A DNA stretch of 64,000 nucleotides from Myxococcales bacterium (GTDB taxonomy: Bacteria > Myxococcota > Myxococcia > Myxococcales > UBA5297), in contig JBMNNX010000005.1 in the NCBI GenBank assembly GCA_050942745.1, positions 42 to 64,041 on the forward strand. Reading direction: 5' to 3'. A program made the translations under genes and the position numbers. The notes under the pieces were generated by a model, which had not been told where the DNA came from, did no database searches, and saw only the letters and a list, made by a program, of their open reading frames with translations. Shown here one piece after another: positions 28,701 through 37,291 of this stretch (positions are counted from its first letter, which is position 1; every line of letters begins with the position of its first letter).

Positions 28701-29125
28701 TCGCCCCGGTTGGCCTTTTCGAGCCATGCCGCATAGGCCTCGTCCCACTTGCGGACGCCGGCATGGCGCACGAACTTGCTCTTCTCCCACCAGAGCTCGG
28801 CGAGCTGGAAGAGCAGGTCGGCCTTCGCCGCGCCCTGAACCTTGGGGATGATCCGCTTGAGCTGCTCGATCTGCTCGTCGCGCTTCTTGTCGGCCTTGGC
28901 GTCGAGCTCGACGTCCTCGTTCATCGCCGGCGCGAAGCGCGCGGGCCCCTTCGGCTCTTCCTTGGCCGGCTGCGACTTCTTGGAGCTGGAGCCCTTGGCT
29001 GCCGCGCCCTTGGCGCCGGCCGCGGGCTTCTCCTTCTTCTTGGCGGCGGCGGATACCGCCCCGGCGCTCGCGGTGACGATCGCGAAGCTCAGCGTGCAGA
29101 TCAGCAGACGAAGATTCAACCGCAT
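25733..29125 (-). CDS. Giant secreted TPR-repeat protein, GltD(AgmU)/NfsD-like (1130 aa)
   Basis: A signal peptide (MRLNLRLLICTLSFAIVTASAGAVSA) is followed by a Lys-rich tract and then TPR-like helical repeats along the entire length. Size and position match the D component. Confidence 0.75.
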   Translation of the reverse strand: MRLNLRLLICTLSFAIVTASAGAVSAAAKKKEKPAAGAKGAAAKGSSSKKSQPAKEEPKGPARFAPAMNEDVELDAKADKKRDEQIEQLKRIIPKVQGAAKADLLFQLAELWWEKSKFVRHAGVRKWDEAYAAWLEKANRGEEAGPEPRLEVFTREGELYRQEALRKYEEILKEYPSYERKDEVLFAFAYNKYEIGQKEEAIAKYNELIKQYPDSRFVPDAYVQMGEHFFNTNQLAKARTAFEKALATNNAKIKYFALYKLAWCDYNGGAYEEAIKKFKEVIAHSKVERGGTGLKNEALNDIVISFAQVEAVDEAMEYFKKNTGKANARRLTAKLAGLFQDAGKHESAIRVFRTLISDDVNDARCPEYQNAIITSYEGLRNREMVKKEMKRLVDLYNPNSPWAKANSENKNAISAAYEMTENAMRTMVTEYHQEAQKTKVVETYRLARDIYKEYLDNFSDSEFAYNLRFYYAEILWALNEYEEAAPQYAMVVEKDREGQYSKLAAYNEVLCYEKLVDIERGKAKKVELKEGQRIDEKKRKDEVKKTTVKLERHDKDAKEEEIPPFQRKLVEAIDRYVTIYPGADDEITVRYKAAFVFYDHKHDLEAAKRFGEIIAKWPTDQWSRKAADLSLDILNQKQEWLELNRLAREFHANKKLAGSDREFANRIADLVEASQYMYIDEVVYKKEQRPAEAAVKFREFVGEFPKSKYAPQALLYAMVIHSEAKELDRSIEVGEKLLAEYPHAKTIDGKDLVARTMLYLGSFYEQTSDFAMSARYFERYAGHFLGEPAKEAKDAKKAAKKKERKLDGETADKVADALFNAALWTEGLGDYEHAVSLYSRYVAEFPAKKDVPEVYFKIGLIFERQKNHKDAAKIFKGYVEQYGKSVGAAEVFYAKYREWLAHRELKQDRDAAQLMDELLKSFDKLSKESQESDRVRNAYAHLRFEALAPLWREYKSVKFDQVRTLRKNLKSKLELKDKVEKSYTAVVAIGSVDWAIASLTRMGEAYEDFARNLLDSPDPYGLDEDQLFMYRSELENRAFPLEESAINLYEKALEKSFELSVYNEWTLEAQNRINNYKRGAFLEPREVPYQGAQFFASAAAILDAPKPPPPPPTPAQTAPSTPGAQAPGNL

Positions 29126-29279
29126 CGTCGATTTCTCCCTGGAGCCTTGACCGCGTGCTGCCGCCCCGGGGCTCGGCGGCGCGCGTTGGGGGATTGTCGA
29201 TACAAGCCGGCCACCACTGTCGCGGGCGGCAGGCAGGGCATCTGCGCACGGCGCCGGGCCAAGGCCAGACGCGCCTGCC

Positions 29280-30806
29280 CTACTCCTCTCTCTTCATGCA
29301 ACCCGACTTGAGCGTGTACTGATAGTAGCCAATCTCGTCGAGCCAAAACTCTCCCTGGAACTGCCAGTACTCCCAGTTCGCGCCAGGCATCACAGGCCGG
29401 TAAAGCGCCTGCTCGGCGAGGTGCGTTCTCTGGTTGAGGCGCCGCTCGAGCATGTCGGTCTCGCCCTTGGCCACCTCGAACTTGATGATCTCCTTCTGAC
29501 CATCGAAGCCGATGATGGTCTTGGCGGCGTCGTCGAGGCGCCGCTTGACGAAGCTGCCGGTCAGCTGGACGGCAAGATCCTTGCTCTGCTCGATCTCGCC
29601 GAGGAGGTTGCCTTGGATGCGCGAGCCCTTCCACGCGGGCTCGGCCCGGATGATCGCCTTCTCGCGGTCAAGCTGGTCGGCGTAGGCCTTGAACTGCACG
29701 AGCCGCTTGTTGGCGACGAGGTAGTTCTTCACCGAGCGCGGCAGCTCGGTCGACTTCTCGTCGAGCAGCGCGTGGTAGAAGTCGTTGTCCTTGTCGCCCT
29801 CGAGCAAAGCGGCCAGCCTCTCGCTGATCGGCAGGTAGATCTTCTCAAAGCCCTCCAGCGCCAGCTTGGCATCGTCGTACAGGCAGGACGAGTAGTACAC
29901 TGTCGCCTTCAGAATCCACGACTCGGGCTGGAAGCTGCCGGCAAACTGCGGGGCGTGCAGCGCCTGGAGCGAGCCGAGGGCGCCGCCGATGTCGTCGTTG
30001 TGGAAGCGCGCCCAGCCGTTCTCGAAGAGGGCCTCGTCCCAGTATTCGGAGAAGCGCGGGATCTGCTCGTAGTGCTTGACGGCGTCAGCGTACCGGCCCA
30101 TCCCGTAATACGTGCGCGCGGTGCCCAGGATGGCGAGGTGCCGAATCGACTCGAGGTCGAAGTAGGTGAGCTTGAGCGTGTTGCTCAGCTTGATGACGTC
30201 GCCGAACGACTCGAGCGCCTTTTCGAAATCGCCGTTGCGCGCGAAGAGGATCCCCTGCATGTAGCGGGCACGCGCGAAATAGGAGGAGTCCGGAGGAACC
30301 GAGGCAAAGAAGCTCATCGCCTCATCGCGCTTGTTCTTGCGGTAGCTCACCATGCCCACGATGTAGTTGATCTTGTTCAGAGTCTCGATGGGCAGCTTTG
30401 CGAACTCGTCGTTGTACTCCTTGTCGAGCACGGTGCCGGTGATGAAGTCCTCGCGAAGCGCCTCGCTCACCTGGACGATGCCCTCGATGGCCCTCAGGTA
30501 GTGAGGGTGGTTCGGCCCGGCCTTGACGACGAACGAATACTGGCGAAGCGCCGCGTCGTAGAGCCCCATCTTGAAGAACGACTGCGCGAGGTAATACTCG
30601 GAGCGCAGCCGAATCTCCTCGGACACCGCGTTGTCGGCGAGGTCGGCAAACAGCAACACGGCCGTCCCGTAATCGCCATCGTTGTAGGCCTGGACCGCCT
30701 TGTTGTTCTGCCCGGCGTCTTGGAGCGCTTCGGCCGCCACGGCCGAGCCCGACAGGCAGAGCAAGCCGAGAGCGGCGAGGATGGAACCCGTTCGAATCAC
30801 GCGCAT
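29280..30806 (-). CDS. Secreted TPR-repeat protein, GltC/NfsC-like (508 aa)
   Basis: Signal peptide MRVIRTGSILAALGLLCLSGSAVAA. TPR units include YYLAQSFFKMGLYDAALRQYSFVVK and ARTYYGMGRYADAVKHYEQI. It sits between the B-like barrel gene and the D-like gene. Confidence 0.7.
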   Translation of the reverse strand: MRVIRTGSILAALGLLCLSGSAVAAEALQDAGQNNKAVQAYNDGDYGTAVLLFADLADNAVSEEIRLRSEYYLAQSFFKMGLYDAALRQYSFVVKAGPNHPHYLRAIEGIVQVSEALREDFITGTVLDKEYNDEFAKLPIETLNKINYIVGMVSYRKNKRDEAMSFFASVPPDSSYFARARYMQGILFARNGDFEKALESFGDVIKLSNTLKLTYFDLESIRHLAILGTARTYYGMGRYADAVKHYEQIPRFSEYWDEALFENGWARFHNDDIGGALGSLQALHAPQFAGSFQPESWILKATVYYSSCLYDDAKLALEGFEKIYLPISERLAALLEGDKDNDFYHALLDEKSTELPRSVKNYLVANKRLVQFKAYADQLDREKAIIRAEPAWKGSRIQGNLLGEIEQSKDLAVQLTGSFVKRRLDDAAKTIIGFDGQKEIIKFEVAKGETDMLERRLNQRTHLAEQALYRPVMPGANWEYWQFQGEFWLDEIGYYQYTLKSGCMKREE

Positions 30807-30845
30807 GTCCAGCTCTCTCTCGCGAAAAGGGGGAACGTCCGGCAG

Positions 30846-31976
30846 CTAGAACAGGAAGCTGAAGCCGGTGTAGACCGAAACGTTGTTGAGGACGTCCGAG
30901 CTCGTCTCCTTGAGCAGCAACTTGGCGAGCTGGCGATCGTCCACGTGGTCGAACTTTCCGGGCAAGCAGCTCGCGTTGAGCGGGGCACCGCCGTTGCCGA
31001 GCTCGTTGAGGTCATCGAAGCTGCAGCCGTTGATCTTGTCGACGCGCGCCGTGTAGATGAGGTCGCGCACCTCGAGGCGCACCGCCGCCCGCTCGCCGAG
31101 GAAGACGCGAAACCCCGCGCCCACCGAGCCGAGGAACTTGAAACCCGTGTCCCCGAAGCTTGCGTCGCGGCACTCCGGGTTGGCCGTGCCCGGGCCGCAA
31201 TTGGAGGTCTGCTCGGGCCGCAGCTGGATGCGGGTGTTGCCCACCCCTGCCCCCGCGTTGAGCACGAAGGTGAAGTGGCCGAGCACGCCCTCGTAGAACG
31301 CGAACTTGCCGTACACCGGCGTCACCTCGATGCCCCCGACCGCGCCATACTGCAGCAGCAGCGCCGTCGCGGCCTGTGCCTGCTGGTGCCCCTTGTCGAT
31401 GAGCTCCTGGTTGAAGGCCGACTCATGGTTGACGTAGTGGAAGATGGGCGTGACCTGCACCGCCAGGTTCTCGAAGAGGTGATAGGCGTAGGTCGCCGCG
31501 GCGCCGACGTGGATGGTGAACTTGGAGTTGAGCTGCGCGATCGCCGGGTAGAGCACCAGCTCGTGGCGCCCCTCGTTCGTATACGGCTTGCGTTCGACGA
31601 TGTGCACGCCGACGTTGGCGTTGCCGAGAGGCGCGCCTTCGATGACCCGCGCCTGCTCTTCTGAGATGCGAATCAGCGGGGCGTCGCCGGCGCGAGCGAG
31701 CGGTGCGGGCTGAGGGCTTGCCACCTCCTCGTCACTGGCTTCGCCCTCGGCCGCCTCGGCCTCCTCGGTCGCCTCGGCCTCGACTCCGGCCGCGGCCGGC
31801 TCGGCAGCCGCCTCCTCGTTGGTCGCGGCCGGCCCGGCAGCCACCGCGTCGCTGGTCGCCGCCGCCTCGCCGCCCGACTCCGTCGCCGCGGCTGCCTCCG
31901 TGGCCTCTTCGGCCGCCGCGCTCGTAGCGAGTGCCAGCGCCGAAATCACCAGAGCTGCTCTCAGGATGGTCTTCAT
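30846..31976 (-). CDS. Outer-membrane beta-barrel protein with acidic Ala/Glu-rich N-terminal extension, GltB/NfsB-like (376 aa)
   Basis: A signal peptide (MKTILRAALVISALALATSAAA) is followed by about 90 aa of A/E-rich low complexity and then beta-barrel character. It ends ...VSVYTGFSFLF. Confidence 0.7.
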   Translation of the reverse strand: MKTILRAALVISALALATSAAAEEATEAAAATESGGEAAATSDAVAAGPAATNEEAAAEPAAAGVEAEATEEAEAAEGEASDEEVASPQPAPLARAGDAPLIRISEEQARVIEGAPLGNANVGVHIVERKPYTNEGRHELVLYPAIAQLNSKFTIHVGAAATYAYHLFENLAVQVTPIFHYVNHESAFNQELIDKGHQQAQAATALLLQYGAVGGIEVTPVYGKFAFYEGVLGHFTFVLNAGAGVGNTRIQLRPEQTSNCGPGTANPECRDASFGDTGFKFLGSVGAGFRVFLGERAAVRLEVRDLIYTARVDKINGCSFDDLNELGNGGAPLNASCLPGKFDHVDDRQLAKLLLKETSSDVLNNVSVYTGFSFLF

Positions 31977-32034
31977 GACGCCTCTTCGATGCTCGAAAAA
32001 TCGTGAACGAAGCCTTCGGGACGTCCGGCGGCAG

Positions 32035-32880
32035 CTAGAAGCTGAAGGTTGCCCCGATGTTGAAAAGAACGAGGTGGGTCAGCCCCGGGTTGCTCGCCGG
32101 TTGGCCCTGCGTGGCTGCCTGGTCGCCGCCGTCCTTGGCCGCGAAGTCCTTCTCGGCGGCCGCGCGCGCGATGTCGACCCGATAGCTGTCGGGGAACGCC
32201 ATGTCCCTGACCTCGATGCGCAGCCCCGCCCACTCGTTGACAATAAAGCGGAAGCCGAGGCCGCCCATGAAGATCGGCTTGACCTGGCTCGAGTGGAGGG
32301 GAGTGAGCGAATAGTCTCCAGAGCCATCCGGGCGGCAGGTCGCCAGCTTTCGGTGCGAGTCGTCGACGTCGCCGATGCAGTAGACCAGGCTGTCGCGCTC
32401 CATGCCCCCGAGCCCGGCGCCCGCCAGCAGGTACGCGTTGAAATGCACGGGCAACTCGGCCGCCACGTTCATCTTGCCGTAGATGGGCGCCCAACGCGCC
32501 GCAAGGCCCACGTTCCAGGTCATCTGCCAGAGGTCTTCGAAGTCGTCGACCGTCTTCTGCTGACTGGCGGGGTTGCTCTGGACGACCTCGTTGGAGGCGG
32601 CCTCGGCGACGTTGGTCTGGCTGGAGAGGGCGTAGCCGCCGACGAGCTCCACCGCCCACTGCTCGGTCACGTTGTACGCCAGGCTCGCGGTGAGGTTGGT
32701 GTGGCGGGTCAGGTAGTTGACCACGCTCAGTCCCGCGCTTGCGCTCGCTTCGAACCTGCCCTCGTTGACGTAGAGGCGGTTGCGGACCACGACCTTTTCA
32801 GGCTCGGCGCACAGGGCCGATGCGGGGGCGAGCATCGTCCCCACGGCAAGCAGCATCAACGCGCGAAGGGTGCTTTTCAT
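32035..32880 (-). CDS. Outer-membrane beta-barrel protein, GltA/NfsA-like (281 aa)
   Basis: Signal peptide MKSTLRALMLLAVGTMLAPASALCA, with alternating strands. It ends ...LFNIGATFSF (terminal Phe). It is a paralogous pair with the next barrel protein. Confidence 0.7.
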   Translation of the reverse strand: MKSTLRALMLLAVGTMLAPASALCAEPEKVVVRNRLYVNEGRFEASASAGLSVVNYLTRHTNLTASLAYNVTEQWAVELVGGYALSSQTNVAEAASNEVVQSNPASQQKTVDDFEDLWQMTWNVGLAARWAPIYGKMNVAAELPVHFNAYLLAGAGLGGMERDSLVYCIGDVDDSHRKLATCRPDGSGDYSLTPLHSSQVKPIFMGGLGFRFIVNEWAGLRIEVRDMAFPDSYRVDIARAAAEKDFAAKDGGDQAATQGQPASNPGLTHLVLFNIGATFSF

Positions 32881-32971
32881 GGGCCTGTCTTCTCTCTTGG
32901 CAGTAAGGCGATGAGCCCTGGGGGGCCTTGGGCTTGTCGGTTCCCGCGCCTCTTGCAGGATGCGCTCAAGC

Positions 32972-34507
32972 CTATTGGCACGCCTGGTTGAAGTTGGTGT
33001 TCACGTCGTAGCAGACTTCGATCGACGACTGCGCCGGAGGCTGCCCGTCCACGTTGAAGCGGAGGATGTTGCGGAACGAGCTCGCGTCGCACTTACAGTA
33101 CTCGAGGGCGGGCCGGCAGTCGCTCGTGTTTCCCCCTTCGCACAGCGGCAGCGCGCTCGGCGTGCAGTTCTGCAGCGACCTGGCCCCCACATCGAGCCGA
33201 CGAGCGCAGGTGGCGCCGCGACAGGTCTGCCCCTCGTCGCAGTCCTCATCGCTCGAGCACCTGCGCGCGTCCTTCTCGGTGACATAGACCTCGAGGGTGT
33301 CGGTCATCGGGCCACGCGACAGGCGAAACTCCTGGCGCAACCCCGAGACGGCGAAGCCGAGCGACTGAAGCGCATTGGCGAACGAGCCGCGAATCGAGAT
33401 GGCCGTGCCGCCGGTGCGTGAGGCGACGTCGATGTAGCGCTCGCCAAAGTACGCGACACCCGTGCCGTCGTTAGGGCAGCCGATGTGCATGAAGCTCGGG
33501 TCCCCGCCCTGCGACGGGACCGGCTCTTTCTGCGTGCAGACGACCGCGCCGGCAGCGACGAGGTCGCTGTGGCCGAAGTTCTTGTAGCTCTCGAGAAAGC
33601 GCACGAAGTAGTTCGTCGACCCGTAGGTGAGCGCCGCGGCGTCGCAGCGGCACCCGGGATCGGCCAGGCACGGCTCGCCGGAGGCCGGGCGCCCGTCGCC
33701 GTTGAGAGGAACGAACGGAGCGCACGACGAGTCGTCCTCGTCGGAGACGAAGACGACGAACAGCGCCGCATCCGGGCGGATGAACGGCTGCTTCTTCGAG
33801 AGGTCCGAGGAGCGGGGATCCTCGGCACGAAGGTTGTCGCTTCGGGTCAAGGCGAGGTAGGCCGCCTGCAACCCGCGCTCGACCGCCGAGCCACCGGTCC
33901 CCACCTTGGACATCTGCGCGAAGGCCGCGGCCACATTGTTTCCGGTGCCCGAGTTGCGGGGCACGTTGCAGTTGCCTTCGGCGTCGCAGGCAATGTAGCG
34001 CCCGGCGGCGCCGCCCGCCTCGGTCAGGTCGAACCCGTGCAGCGCGCCGTTGGTTCCGTTCTTGTCGGGAGGGATCACCCCGTCGCGCTCCGCGTTGTAG
34101 ATGAGCTGGGCGTTCTCGGTGTCGGTCGAGGTCACGCCGATGTGGAAGTCGACCGGCGGCTCCAGGGAGACGAGCGCGTCGATGAACTTGGGGAACTCGG
34201 CCGCGAGGTTCGCCTGGGAGCTCTTCATCGAGCCGGAGTTGTCGACTACCCAGAGGATGTCGACCTTGCGCACCGCGTTCTGCTGAAAGAAGTCGCACTG
34301 GCGCGGTACGTTGAACTGGAACTGCGGAGCTTGCGCTTCCTCCTGCTGCACGGTGGGCTTGCCGGTGTCCACCGCCGGGTTGCCCTGCACGACCGTAAAC
34401 TCCTCGATGATGCGCGTGGTCTTGACAGGCTCCTCACAGGAGCAGCCAGAGAACACCGCGCACGCGGCGACGGCGGCGAAGCTTGCTTTGTAGATCGACG
34501 AGCGCAT
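32972..34507 (-). CDS. Cysteine-rich von Willebrand factor A (VWA/MIDAS) lipoprotein, CglB-like architecture (~511 aa)
   Basis: I trimmed the track ORF to the ATG at 34507 (MRSSIYKASFAAVAACAVFSGCSC, a lipobox). MIDAS DxSxS is present in VDILWVVDNSGSMKSSQANL, with later GVTSTD and FVVFVSDEDD blocks. I counted 22 Cys in the mature part, clustered at the C-terminus (RRCSSDEDCDEGQTCRGATC...). Confidence 0.75.
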   Translation of the reverse strand: MRSSIYKASFAAVAACAVFSGCSCEEPVKTTRIIEEFTVVQGNPAVDTGKPTVQQEEAQAPQFQFNVPRQCDFFQQNAVRKVDILWVVDNSGSMKSSQANLAAEFPKFIDALVSLEPPVDFHIGVTSTDTENAQLIYNAERDGVIPPDKNGTNGALHGFDLTEAGGAAGRYIACDAEGNCNVPRNSGTGNNVAAAFAQMSKVGTGGSAVERGLQAAYLALTRSDNLRAEDPRSSDLSKKQPFIRPDAALFVVFVSDEDDSSCAPFVPLNGDGRPASGEPCLADPGCRCDAAALTYGSTNYFVRFLESYKNFGHSDLVAAGAVVCTQKEPVPSQGGDPSFMHIGCPNDGTGVAYFGERYIDVASRTGGTAISIRGSFANALQSLGFAVSGLRQEFRLSRGPMTDTLEVYVTEKDARRCSSDEDCDEGQTCRGATCARRLDVGARSLQNCTPSALPLCEGGNTSDCRPALEYCKCDASSFRNILRFNVDGQPPAQSSIEVCYDVNTNFNQACQ

Positions 34508-34672
34508 GACCAGCTGAGCGCCTTCGTTTATCACAGCGGCTCTCGACGCATCAAGCCGCGGGGCGTGCGGGAAACGGCTCATTTTCACTGTCTTTCCCGG
34601 CCGCTGCCTCACCGAACGAGCATCCGGCCGAACCGGCGCGCCCGCGGGAGCGCGCCGTCAGGGGAAGCGAGG

Positions 34673-36484
34673 CTATTGGAGCTCTGGCGGAACGCAGGCT
34701 TCGATGAGCTCGCCGGTGACGGTCATCACCTCCGAGGAGCAGGCCCAGTCGTCCGGGCAGGCGCCACCCTCGCCGCAGGGCTGGGTGCAGATGGCGCCGG
34801 AGGCCTTCTTGATGCAGAGCCGATCGGCGCAGGCCGCCGGGCCAAAGCTGCAGTCGCTGCCGGGAGCCCCGCCGCCGTCCGGGAAGCAGATCCGCACCGG
34901 GCTACCATCCGACTCGGCGAACGCGTCGCGGCAGACGAAATCCGGCGGACAGGTGCCGTCGGCCGCGCACGGGGTCGAGCAGAGCCGCGCGGTGCCGATG
35001 TCCAGGCAGGTCCCGCTCTGGCAGGGCGGGCGCCCGGGGCTGCAATCGTCGCCGAAGAGGCCGCCGTTCGGCGCGCAGACGCCGAGGCCCGACTTCGGCC
35101 CGTTGTCGGCGGAGTTTCGCTCCGCGGGCGAGCAGTCGTAAAAGTCGCCCGAGCGAGCGCAGCAGCGCCACTTCCGCGGATCGCCGCAGTCGCCGTCGAG
35201 CGCGCAGGAGGCGCTGCAGAGCGCGGTCGACCCGTAGGAGAGACACAGCCCGGTCACACAGTCCGAAGCGCCGCCCGCCGAGCAGCTGTCACCGAGCCGC
35301 CCCAGGCCCGACAGGCAGGTGCCGCGCTGGGGGACGCAAAACTGCCCCTGTCCGACCGGGGCGCAGACGAAGCCCGGCCCGAACCGCTCCTGGCACTGCT
35401 TGTCGCCGTCGGCCGTCGGGCACGGCTCGGCGCAGAAGGTCTCGCCCTTGCTCGGGCAGTCCTCGCAGGCATTCATCAAGCATTCGTTCGACTCGCGGCC
35501 TGCGCGCCGGCAGTCGTCGTTGTCGCGACAGGGCGAGCACTGCCGCCCGTCGTCGGCCGACCGACACAGGTGGTTCTCGACATCGCACTGACGTCCGAGC
35601 CCGCACTGGAGGATCTGAGCGCGCTCATCGCTGCTGTCGCAGAAGTCCCTGCACGAGTTCGAGTTGGGCACGCACTGGAACGGCCCGTCGCCGACCCCGG
35701 ACATGTCCAGGCAGCCAAAGCCCTCGGGGCAGTCGCCGGTGCGCGCGGGGTCGCAGACGCGCCCGCAGAAGGTCTCGCCGGAGACGACGTTGCGAACGCA
35801 CTGATCGAAAGGTCCGCCGCACTCCTGATCGCCCTTGCACGGCGCGCACAGGCTGCCGCCGCCCTCGCAGGTGCCTCCCGGGTTGTCGGGGACGCACTGC
35901 TTCGTGAGCTCGACAGCCCCGTCAGCCTTGAACAGCGGCACCTCTTTGCAGGCATAGCCCTCCGGACAGCTCCCGCCCTCGCCGCAGGAGGTCGTGCAGT
36001 AGCGCTCGCCCGTGGCCGGCACGCTGAAGCAGGTGCCGTCCTCCGGGCATTGCTTGTCGGTCGTGCACGGCGAGCACAGCTCGCGAACGACCTTGATGTA
36101 GCAGACACCGCTGTCGAGGTCGCACCGGTGTCCCGAGGGGCAATCCCGGTTTTCGTCGCACGTCGAAGCCCGTTGGCACACCGGGCCGAAGCGGCCCGCG
36201 TCCTCGCACCGGAAGCCCTCCGGACACGCGCCTTCGGCCCCACAGCTCCTCGCGCAGAACCCGCTTGCGTCGTCGAGCGGAATGCACAAAGAGTCGGCGC
36301 AGTCGGTCGGCCGCGACGGGTCGCACGGATCGCCGAGCGCGAGCTTGCGCGCCGGCGGATCGCTGCACCCGGTCGCGACAAGCCCGGCCAGGCTCAGCAG
36401 TGAGACCGCTGCAAGGTGCAACCCGGCACGCCCGAAGGCGTACCGGGGAGCGCACCGACAAAAGGACTCGCGCGCACAGTCCAT
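34673..36484 (-). CDS. Cysteine-rich repeat lipoprotein (603 aa, 78 Cys by my count)
   Basis: Lipobox LSLAGLVATGCSD. A module recurs throughout, of the form C..(F/Y)C...C...G.CP.G(F/Y).C (e.g. GFCARSCGAEGACPEGFRC, RYCTTSCGEGGSCPEGYAC, TFCGRVCDPARTGDCPEGFGC, AICTQPCGEGGACPDDWAC). The start ATG at 36484 lies 8 nt after the rplC stop. Confidence 0.75.
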   Translation of the reverse strand: MDCARESFCRCAPRYAFGRAGLHLAAVSLLSLAGLVATGCSDPPARKLALGDPCDPSRPTDCADSLCIPLDDASGFCARSCGAEGACPEGFRCEDAGRFGPVCQRASTCDENRDCPSGHRCDLDSGVCYIKVVRELCSPCTTDKQCPEDGTCFSVPATGERYCTTSCGEGGSCPEGYACKEVPLFKADGAVELTKQCVPDNPGGTCEGGGSLCAPCKGDQECGGPFDQCVRNVVSGETFCGRVCDPARTGDCPEGFGCLDMSGVGDGPFQCVPNSNSCRDFCDSSDERAQILQCGLGRQCDVENHLCRSADDGRQCSPCRDNDDCRRAGRESNECLMNACEDCPSKGETFCAEPCPTADGDKQCQERFGPGFVCAPVGQGQFCVPQRGTCLSGLGRLGDSCSAGGASDCVTGLCLSYGSTALCSASCALDGDCGDPRKWRCCARSGDFYDCSPAERNSADNGPKSGLGVCAPNGGLFGDDCSPGRPPCQSGTCLDIGTARLCSTPCAADGTCPPDFVCRDAFAESDGSPVRICFPDGGGAPGSDCSFGPAACADRLCIKKASGAICTQPCGEGGACPDDWACSSEVMTVTGELIEACVPPELQ

Positions 36485-36492
36485 GTTCCCTC

Positions 36493-37203
36493 TTACTTTT
36501 TCCTGGCGGGACCCTTCTTCTTCTCCTCACCCTCCCCGGTGGCCGCGCCGATGACCCGATCCGGCTTGCCCTTGATCGAGGGATTGATCTCGATGAGCCC
36601 GTTCCGGTGTCCGGGCACCGCGCCCCACAGCAGGATGAGGTTGTTCTCGAGGTCGATGTCGACGACCTGCAGGTTCTGGATTGTCCGCCGGACGACGCCC
36701 ATGTGACCGGGCATCGTGCGGCCCTTCCAGACCCTACCAGGAGTCTTGCGGGCGCCGATGGCGCCGATGTGGCGGTGGTGCTCGTGGGTCGAGGCCGAGT
36801 CGCGCGCGGCACCCTTCATCCCGAAGCGCTTGACGACGCCGGCGAACCCGCGGCCCTTGGTCGTGCCGGTCACGTCGACGAACTGACCCTTGCGGAAGAT
36901 ATCGACCTTGATCTCGTCACCGACGTTGAGCCCCTCCATCTCCTCGGGGGCAAGCCGGAACTCGCGCACAACCTCCATCGGCTGGACGCCAGCCTTCTTG
37001 AAGACGCCGGCATCGGGCTTGTTGAGGCGCTTCTCCTGCTTGGGCCGGAAGCCGACCTGGATGGCCGAGTAGCCGTTGCGCTCGGGGGTGCGCTTGGCGA
37101 TGACGACGCACGGCCCGGCCTGCACGATAGTCACCGGCACGGCGTCGCCGCTCTCGTTGAACACCTGCGTCATCCCGACCTTCGTGCCCAGAATGCCCTT
37201 CAT
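36493..37203 (-). CDS. rplC: 50S ribosomal protein L3 (236 aa), outside any ribosomal operon
   Basis: MKGILGTKVGMTQVFNESGDAVPVTIVQAGPCVV..., FVDVTGTTKGRGFAGVVKRFGM, HRHIGAIGARKTPGRVWKGRTMPGHMG and LLWGAVPG are canonical L3 blocks. It has a Lys-rich C-terminal extension. An AAGGAGAG ribosome-binding site precedes the ATG. No rpsJ or rplD is nearby. Confidence 0.9.
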   Translation of the reverse strand: MKGILGTKVGMTQVFNESGDAVPVTIVQAGPCVVIAKRTPERNGYSAIQVGFRPKQEKRLNKPDAGVFKKAGVQPMEVVREFRLAPEEMEGLNVGDEIKVDIFRKGQFVDVTGTTKGRGFAGVVKRFGMKGAARDSASTHEHHRHIGAIGARKTPGRVWKGRTMPGHMGVVRRTIQNLQVVDIDLENNLILLWGAVPGHRNGLIEINPSIKGKPDRVIGAATGEGEEKKKGPARKK

Positions 37204-37291
37204 GTGTTGCTCTCCTTAGGGAACATGCGTCTCGCGCAGCGGTTCCTCTCCGGCTGGACGAACCTGTCCAACCCACCGTTAAAAGCGGCGC

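Noticed and set aside
26897-29311. An 804 aa plus-strand ORF antisense to the giant TPR gene. Similar long plus-strand ORFs are 24782..26848, 29421..31664 and 33485..36403.
   Set aside because: The translations are Leu/Val/Asp/Arg/Gly-rich mirror images of TPR and Cys-repeat coding sequence, with no signal peptides or motifs. The minus-strand partners have clear domain architecture and operon-like spacing.
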